A stretch of DNA of 31,174 nt from a virus. Taxonomy: Duplodnaviria > Caudoviricetes. The notes beneath the pieces are model-generated. The model was given only the letters and a program-made list of their open reading frames with translations, made no database searches and had not been told where the DNA came from. Each line of letters starts with the position of its first letter. The stretch's first letter is position 1. Made by a program: the position numbers and the translations under genes. The DNA lies in the IMG/VR virus record IMGVR_UViG_3300048856_000008, positions 1-31,174 of that record; one strand, given 5' to 3'. Shown one piece after another: positions 26,054 to 31,174 of this stretch.

Positions 26054-26702
26054 AGCGGACGCGGATGGTCTGGCCGATCTTGAGAGCCTTGATCTTGATG
26101 CCGGGATTGAGCGCCGTGATCTGATCGACCGAGACGCCGCACTTGCGGCTAAGGGCAAACAGGGTGTCACCCTCGACAATCGTATGGTAGGCCCAGCCGT
26201 TGTCCTTCGGCGCTGTCTTCGGCGTTTCCGGAACCGGCTTCGGGTTCACCGCTGGCTGCTTCGTGACGAACACGCCGGTCTGGTTGATCCAGTTCCGAAC
26301 GTCGAAGCACGGGCAGTCCTTGGCCACCTTGGGGAAGTCCCGGTGACCCTGAATGGTAGCCTTCGGGTACTTGGCCTTGAGCTGGATGAGCAGCTCGGCC
26401 AGGGCGGCGAACTGGGCTGAGGTGAAGTTGTCTTCGCTGTGACCCTTGGCATCGACGCCACCGACTAGGCAGATGCCTACCGAGATGGAGTTGTAGCCTT
26501 CAACGTGAGCGCCGATGGCATCGACCGGGCGACCGATCTCAACGCGGCCATCGCGGCGAATGACATAGTGGTAGCCGATCATCAGCCAGCCTTTGGCGCG
26601 GTGCCAGCGGTCGATGTCGGCGCGGCCAATGTCCGCAGAGGGAGGCGTGGCCGCACAATGCACGGCGATGTAGTCCGTGCGGGTACGGGATTTCATGCTC
26701 AT
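26052..26702 (-). CDS. gp3.5: N-acetylmuramoyl-L-alanine amidase (T7 gp3.5-like) with C-terminal LysM domain
   Basis: HCAAT, IGYHYVI, GAHVEGYN, GHRDF...KDCP motifs; Pro-rich linker; YHTIVEGDTL...LNP...LKIGQTIRV LysM. Confidence 0.93.
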   Translation of the reverse strand: MSMKSRTRTDYIAVHCAATPPSADIGRADIDRWHRAKGWLMIGYHYVIRRDGRVEIGRPVDAIGAHVEGYNSISVGICLVGGVDAKGHSEDNFTSAQFAALAELLIQLKAKYPKATIQGHRDFPKVAKDCPCFDVRNWINQTGVFVTKQPAVNPKPVPETPKTAPKDNGWAYHTIVEGDTLFALSRKCGVSVDQITALNPGIKIKALKIGQTIRVR

Positions 26703-27115
26703 GGGGTTTCCTTGATCCACCCCAGGGGGATGGTCTTGTCCGCGAACTGGAAGCCGTACTTGCGGCACCAGTCGGCATAGGTCGTTGCGGATGTCTTGGA
26801 GATTTTCGCCTTCGAGTTTGAGAAGACGAAGCGGATGTCCAGCTCGGGATGCTGGGCCTTGATGAGGATATGCTTCTGGCGGTCGGCGGTGACGAAGCGG
26901 CCTTTGGTCTCGATGATGATGCCGTTCGGCAATTCGAAATCAGGGGTGTAGTTCGCAGCTCGGGCAGGCTTGGTGTACTTCACTTTGCGCTGTTCGAACT
27001 TCACTTCGATGCCCAGGGCTCTGAGCTGGTCAGCGACCTTCTCTTCGAGCCCCGAGCGGAAACCATTCCGAAGAGCATGCTCCCGCATCTCACTGGTGAG
27101 GGTGCGGGCTAGCAT
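26699..27115 (-). CDS. gp3: Endonuclease I (gp3)
   Basis: FRSGLEEKVA, YTPDFELPNGIIIETKG, HPELDIRFVFS. Confidence 0.97.
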   Translation of the reverse strand: MLARTLTSEMREHALRNGFRSGLEEKVADQLRALGIEVKFEQRKVKYTKPARAANYTPDFELPNGIIIETKGRFVTADRQKHILIKAQHPELDIRFVFSNSKAKISKTSATTYADWCRKYGFQFADKTIPLGWIKETP

Positions 27116-27117
27116 GC

Positions 27118-27792
27118 TTAGAACTCGACCTCTTCTTCACCAGCCGGTGCTTCACCCTCGTTACCGGAGAACGGGCTCTCGCCGTCTTCGTCCTTGGTGT
27201 ATTCGTAGCCGTCTTCTTCACCGAAGCCGTAGGCCGATGCGGACTTGTCACCGAATTGGCGAAGCTCGATGATCTGCACTGCTTCGAGAGCCAGCTTGCA
27301 GGACGCACCCACGGTCGTGGTCGGGGCATAGGGGATGATCTGGAAGCTGATCTTGCCGATGGTGCCACCACCGATCTCGACCTCGCCCTTGATGGGGTTG
27401 CCCTTGGCATCGAACAGTGCGGGCTTGCGGGTCCACGGCTTGCCGGTCTTCTTCGAGACGCCGGACGCCTTCATCGTAAACTTGAACTCGACTTCGCCCG
27501 TGGGCTCGCCGGATTCTTCATCCTCGACGTGGGCATATGGGAGGTATTTGGTTTCCCACTTCTTGGCCTCGGCCGCGTTCTTCGCGTTGGCCTTGGCCTC
27601 CTTGAGGCTGTCGGCGGCTTCCTTGTCGCACTTGCTGATCAGGTCAGCCACGCCGGGGGCATCGGATGCGACGATGAGTTTGACCGAGTATTCACCCTCG
27701 GCTTTGAACTTGGTGTCCGGAGTGGTGAGTTTCGGGAATTTGAAAGCGCCCTTCGGGGAGTTGAGGGTCGGGCGCTGCGGTGCTTTTGCCAT
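27118..27792 (-). CDS. gp2.5: Single-stranded DNA-binding protein (gp2.5)
   Basis: FKFTMKAS, FDAKG, IGGG, VQIIEL motifs and an acidic tail ending in Phe. Confidence 0.92.
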   Translation of the reverse strand: MAKAPQRPTLNSPKGAFKFPKLTTPDTKFKAEGEYSVKLIVASDAPGVADLISKCDKEAADSLKEAKANAKNAAEAKKWETKYLPYAHVEDEESGEPTGEVEFKFTMKASGVSKKTGKPWTRKPALFDAKGNPIKGEVEIGGGTIGKISFQIIPYAPTTTVGASCKLALEAVQIIELRQFGDKSASAYGFGEEDGYEYTKDEDGESPFSGNEGEAPAGEEEVEF

Positions 27793-27821
27793 GATGTTTC
27801 CGTTGCCTTGAGCCCAAACAG

Positions 27822-27853
27822 AAAAACCCCCTGGCCAGGGTGGCACAGGGGGC
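27822..27853 (-). terminator. Intrinsic terminator-like hairpin just downstream of a phage promoter (early-terminator-like)
   Basis: Minus strand CCCCCTG-T-GCCA-CCC-TGGC-CAGGGGG-TTTTT. Confidence 0.65.
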
Positions 27854-27878
27854 GATGCTTGGGTGTGGTTGAGAATTG

Positions 27879-27896
27879 CTATGGTGGGTCGTAATT
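27879..27896 (-). promoter_or_regulatory. Phage RNAP promoter upstream of ssb
   Basis: AATTACGACCCACCATAG, the copy closest to the T7 consensus. Confidence 0.9.
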
Positions 27897-27978
27897 AAAT
27901 TTGCCGGGATGACGCCGCTCTCGCGTTGCCACCAATCCGGGAGTTGATAAAAGTGATACTCTTGTATGTTGGGATGGG

Positions 27979-28935
27979 ATGACAGACGGAATGGCGACCA
28001 CTAGTCATGTGAAGAATCCACTCACGGTAATTGCGATCTTCGCAGGACTGGCTGAACTTGGGGGGACCGCGGTCCTGCCACTTCTAGCGACTGAGACGCA
28101 GACGACCTACGTCTGGTTTCTGATGATCTTCCCCAGTTTGTTAGTGCTCTTGTTCTTTGGCACTATCTGGTTCGCTCATACGAACCTCTATGCTCCGTCA
28201 GACTTCGTGGATGAAACGAACTTCGTCAAAGCTTCCGGTGCATTTCTAGACGCGAAAACCTATCGGGAGGCGATTGAGGTTTCACAAGAAGTGGCGGCTG
28301 AAGTTATACAAGAAGTGCATGACACACCGAGCGATGAAGTGGAGCAACCGCCCCCCGCCGCGCAGGTCCAGAAAGTTGACCCCGATAGTTCAGTCCCTAA
28401 AGACAACGCCGAGGGCACCTATACGCTTGAACACCGGCACTCCGCGACGCTTTCAAGGGCCGTCCAGCGAACCGCGTCCGAGATGCGAAGGGGCAGAGAG
28501 GCAGTCTGGTCGATAGCTCAGGAACTTCGGCTCTGGGAAGAGCTGGCAATTGACGCTATCAGTCGTTCAACCGGGTTGCCATTTGAGCGAAACGTTTCCC
28601 CACGGGGCGCTCCGGAGGTGGTATTCGACGCGGTGTACCAGACCGACGAGGAGGTGACTGTTGTTGAGGTGAAGTATAACCGGTCTGGCGGCTTGCCAAA
28701 AAATGGCTACCAAGACAGCTTGCACATGGCATTCACGTACTACGCAAAATTGCCTAAGGCCAAGCAGAGGGTGTTTTCGTTCATCCTGGCAGTGGTCTTT
28801 GAGGAAGGTATTAGTCAAGTCAACAAGGACCTATTTCGCCGTGCGTTTCATATAAAGCTCGCGGACTATCCCTTCCCCATCACCCTTCGGACCTTCGAAA
28901 AGGCCGAACTTCAGGCCACCCTAGTCGAACGGTAA
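27979..28935 (+). CDS. Cargo protein: two N-terminal TM helices plus C-terminal PD-(D/E)XK-like domain
   Basis: NPLTVIAIFAGLAE...WFLMIFP.LLVLLFF...LYAPSDF membrane module; WEELA...VFDAV...VVEVKY nuclease-like motif; antisense orientation. Confidence 0.75.
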   Translation: MTDGMATTSHVKNPLTVIAIFAGLAELGGTAVLPLLATETQTTYVWFLMIFPSLLVLLFFGTIWFAHTNLYAPSDFVDETNFVKASGAFLDAKTYREAIEVSQEVAAEVIQEVHDTPSDEVEQPPPAAQVQKVDPDSSVPKDNAEGTYTLEHRHSATLSRAVQRTASEMRRGREAVWSIAQELRLWEELAIDAISRSTGLPFERNVSPRGAPEVVFDAVYQTDEEVTVVEVKYNRSGGLPKNGYQDSLHMAFTYYAKLPKAKQRVFSFILAVVFEEGISQVNKDLFRRAFHIKLADYPFPITLRTFEKAELQATLVER

Positions 28936-29093
28936 AAAATCCCGTTGTGGTTTCGGTGGGCCGCCGCAAGAGCGGCCACGTCATAACCCTGCTCGCGAAG
29001 CTCAGCGCCCATGGCGAACGAGATATTCCGGCCCGACCGCCAAATGGCGATAGCCTTGCCAAGGGTGGACTGCATTTCGTTGAGGTTCGTCAT
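28911..29093 (-). CDS. Small hypothetical protein after RNAP
   Basis: AAGGA RBS directly downstream of a phage promoter; start at ATG 29093. Confidence 0.75.
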   Translation of the reverse strand: MTNLNEMQSTLGKAIAIWRSGRNISFAMGAELREQGYDVAALAAAHRNHNGIFYRSTRVA

Positions 29094-29124
29094 GGGGATT
29101 TCCTTTGTCGCGTTGTGAGGATTT

Positions 29125-29142
29125 CTATGGTGGGTTCTAATC
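29125..29142 (-). promoter_or_regulatory. Phage RNAP promoter immediately after the RNAP gene
   Basis: GATTAGAACCCACCATAG at the T7 phi1.1-equivalent position. Confidence 0.9.
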
Positions 29143-29173
29143 ATCTTAGGGAACTTATGCGCAGGTGGATTAG

Positions 29174-31174
29174 TTACGCGAAAAAGAAAGGACTCTCCAG
29201 GACTTGAGACAAATCCAGAGAGCCCTTCTTGGGCAGCGTTGGGAGGGCTTCGTGATCGACACCGAGCATCATGGCGATCTCCTCCTTGAAGGATTGGAGG
29301 ACATCATGGTCCCCGTACATGCGGACGAACTCTTCCCGGAGGAACTGGGCCATTGCCCAGGCGTTGCCTGCATGGGTGCCGTAGCTGTCATGGATGAGCG
29401 AGAAGGAGCGGATGCCTTCATCATGGCAGCGGGAAACCGTGAGCTGCATATGAGCTGCGTCCATGGAGTGGACCCAGTTGGGAGAGATACCGCTCCCCTG
29501 CTTCCGCTTGTCGATCTTCTTCGTCGCTACGTCGAGGGACAGGCGCATGCGCACCTTCTGGAACGTCAACGCGATGCGCTTCTGTTCGCTGGAGGTGTAC
29601 TCCTGCATGACCTTGAGGCCGGTCGGGGTGTTCCAGATAACCGGAAGCCCTTCCTTGGCGGCAATCTTCGCCACCTCCTGGAGCCAATCCATGGCACCAC
29701 GAGCAGCAACCACGACCTCCCCCACGCAATCCCAAATGAGGAGACCGAGGAAGGATGCAGCAGAAAAGCCGGTTCCCTCGAAGGGGAACGCCTCGCCTGC
29801 ACTCTGCTTCCAGGGGGTTACGGTGTCGGTGAACACCTGCTCCCGGAAGCCGAACTCCGATGCCCCATAGGCCAGCGTCATGACCGGGCGCTTCGTCACC
29901 TTGCGGGTGATGCCATACGCCAGCCATTTGCGGGCCATGGAGCCATCGCTCTCTACGATGATGGTTTTCGGTTCCTTCGTCTCCTTGTCCAGCACCTCCT
30001 TGGTGGTGGTGTCCTCAGGGCAAGCCTCGGAAATCTCCTGGAGCTTCTTGATGAGAACCTCAGCGACCGTGGCATAGATATCGTTCGGCTTATCCCCCGG
30101 CACGAGGTTGACCGCAGCCCCACCGACCTCGTCCAGGAGCATGGCCGAGAAGTTCTGGAGACCGTTACAGGTGCCGTCCATCTGGACCGGAAGGTGGCTC
30201 TCATAGGAGTAGCCCTCGGCCCGATAACCAGCCCACTCATGGCAGAACGCAAGCGCCTGCCAGGGCTTCTCAGCGGTGAGCCAGAAGCGGTTATCGTAGG
30301 GGTCGGATGCGGACGCGAGGATACCTTCCTCATTGTCCTTCACCCACTGGACACGCTCCTCCATCGAGCATTTGTCCACGCCCCAAAGACCAGCGCCGTG
30401 GATGGCGAGCCAATTGGCCCCCTCCTCATCGCCAATCGGAACCGAGTTGGCGAACTGGAGGAGACCATGGGCAGCGTCGTCGCCCTGCGGATTGAGGAAC
30501 AACGGCACGGCATAGACCCGCCCCCGGAAGTCCATCTGGTGAGGAAAGAAGAACTCCTCCTCATCCTTGAACCGCTCGGCCACCCAAAGCATGCGGGAGA
30601 AGGCCAGTCGCTTGGACACGGCGCGGGCATTGGCTTCATAGATGGCCGTCCGCTCGGACTTCCAGCGCATAAACTGGTCCACCTGCTCGACCGTCATGTC
30701 CTCCCTCTTCATTTCCGGGGTGAGCCATATGGGCTTCTCGGGAAGAGCGATGTCGTCAGCCTGGGGTAGGCATTCGAGGGTGGATCGATTGTCCCAAAGC
30801 GAAGTCATCACGTCATAGACGCGACGGTTGATGGTCCAGGCCGTGTTCTGCATGGCGTTGACCGAGTGATAGACCTTGGGCATGTCGATGCTGTCCAGGT
30901 CGGTGAGGTATTGGCGATTGCCGGTCTTGATGAGCCGCAGGTTGCGGACGCGACCGGACCAGTAGCCACCCCGGAACGGCGAGGTCCACGGACGCGGCGG
31001 AAGGAGGGTCGGAAGGTAGACCGGGGACAGAGGGGCAAGCCGGGAGTTCTCCGTGGCCAGCCAGTCCATGGTGTCCTTCGTGGCGACCACGTAGATGTTG
31101 GTGTTGTTCACGCCTTCCGACTGACGGACGGTTTCGAAGAGGCCGGTTGCCTCGACCACGATCTCAATGAGCTT
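29174..31174 (-). CDS. gp1: T7-like single-subunit RNA polymerase (5' part outside window)
   Basis: DFRGRVY, DGTCNGLQ (motif A), RKVTKRPVMTLAYG (B), PNWVHSMDA, IHDS (C), FFFA terminus; frame open to the window edge. Confidence 0.98.
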   Translation of the reverse strand, partial: KLIEIVVEATGLFETVRQSEGVNNTNIYVVATKDTMDWLATENSRLAPLSPVYLPTLLPPRPWTSPFRGGYWSGRVRNLRLIKTGNRQYLTDLDSIDMPKVYHSVNAMQNTAWTINRRVYDVMTSLWDNRSTLECLPQADDIALPEKPIWLTPEMKREDMTVEQVDQFMRWKSERTAIYEANARAVSKRLAFSRMLWVAERFKDEEEFFFPHQMDFRGRVYAVPLFLNPQGDDAAHGLLQFANSVPIGDEEGANWLAIHGAGLWGVDKCSMEERVQWVKDNEEGILASASDPYDNRFWLTAEKPWQALAFCHEWAGYRAEGYSYESHLPVQMDGTCNGLQNFSAMLLDEVGGAAVNLVPGDKPNDIYATVAEVLIKKLQEISEACPEDTTTKEVLDKETKEPKTIIVESDGSMARKWLAYGITRKVTKRPVMTLAYGASEFGFREQVFTDTVTPWKQSAGEAFPFEGTGFSAASFLGLLIWDCVGEVVVAARGAMDWLQEVAKIAAKEGLPVIWNTPTGLKVMQEYTSSEQKRIALTFQKVRMRLSLDVATKKIDKRKQGSGISPNWVHSMDAAHMQLTVSRCHDEGIRSFSLIHDSYGTHAGNAWAMAQFLREEFVRMYGDHDVLQSFKEEIAMMLGVDHEALPTLPKKGSLDLSQVLESPFFFA

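Larger units (their letters stand above)
1..31174 (-). mobile_element. T7-like (Autographiviridae) phage genome segment, probably temperate/prophage of an alphaproteobacterium
   Basis: Colinear T7 gene order (RNAP, ssb, endo I, amidase, primase/helicase, DNAP, exo, portal, scaffold, capsid, tail tubes, internal proteins, fibre, small terminase) plus T7-like promoters. Prophage status is inferred only from host-regulator boxes and antisense cargo genes. Confidence 0.95.

Noticed and set aside
13754-27846. Longer upstream starts in the ORF track for gp10, gp9, gp6, gp4, gp3.5 and gp2.5
   Set aside because: Extensions run through neighbouring genes or terminators; downstream ATGs fit RBS, coupling or homology better
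27900-27978. Specific sigma70 promoter call for the 318-aa cargo gene
   Set aside because: TTGCCA/TTGATA and TAAAAG/TATGTT candidates have 15-16 nt spacing; cannot be assigned confidently
29204-30769. 521-aa plus-strand ORF
   Set aside because: Antisense shadow of RNAP caused by GC-rich codon bias; no motifs
1-31174. Integrase/att sites, tRNA, CRISPR array, intron/intein, DGR
   Set aside because: None seen; core genes are uninterrupted and there is no reverse transcriptase or repeat-spacer array

Overview
The whole window is an internal segment of a T7-like (Autographiviridae) phage genome, read almost entirely on the minus strand. From right to left it encodes: single-subunit RNA polymerase (5' end cut by the window edge), ssDNA-binding protein, endonuclease I, amidase with an added LysM domain, primase/helicase, a coiled-coil protein plus a nucleotidyltransferase, DNA polymerase A, a gp5.7-like protein, exonuclease, dNMP kinase, portal, scaffold, a holin/i-spanin/o-spanin block placed before the major capsid gene, tail tubes A/B, internal virion proteins gp13-16, tail fibre and small terminase. 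Four phage-RNAP promoters (ATTA-N3-CCCACCATAG) and several intrinsic terminators are visible. An alphaproteobacterial-type LexA box, DnaA boxes, a CtrA-type box and three antisense cargo genes suggest a temperate phage or prophage of an alphaproteobacterium. No integrase, att site or host gene lies in the window, so prophage status is inferred. The most notable points are the apparent wiring to host LexA/DnaA/CtrA, a membrane-anchored PD-(D/E)XK cargo gene, a structured capsid-leader RNA, a small lipoprotein-like ORF missed by the ORF track, and an M15 peptidase on gp16. All calls come from reading the sequence; no database searches were run.
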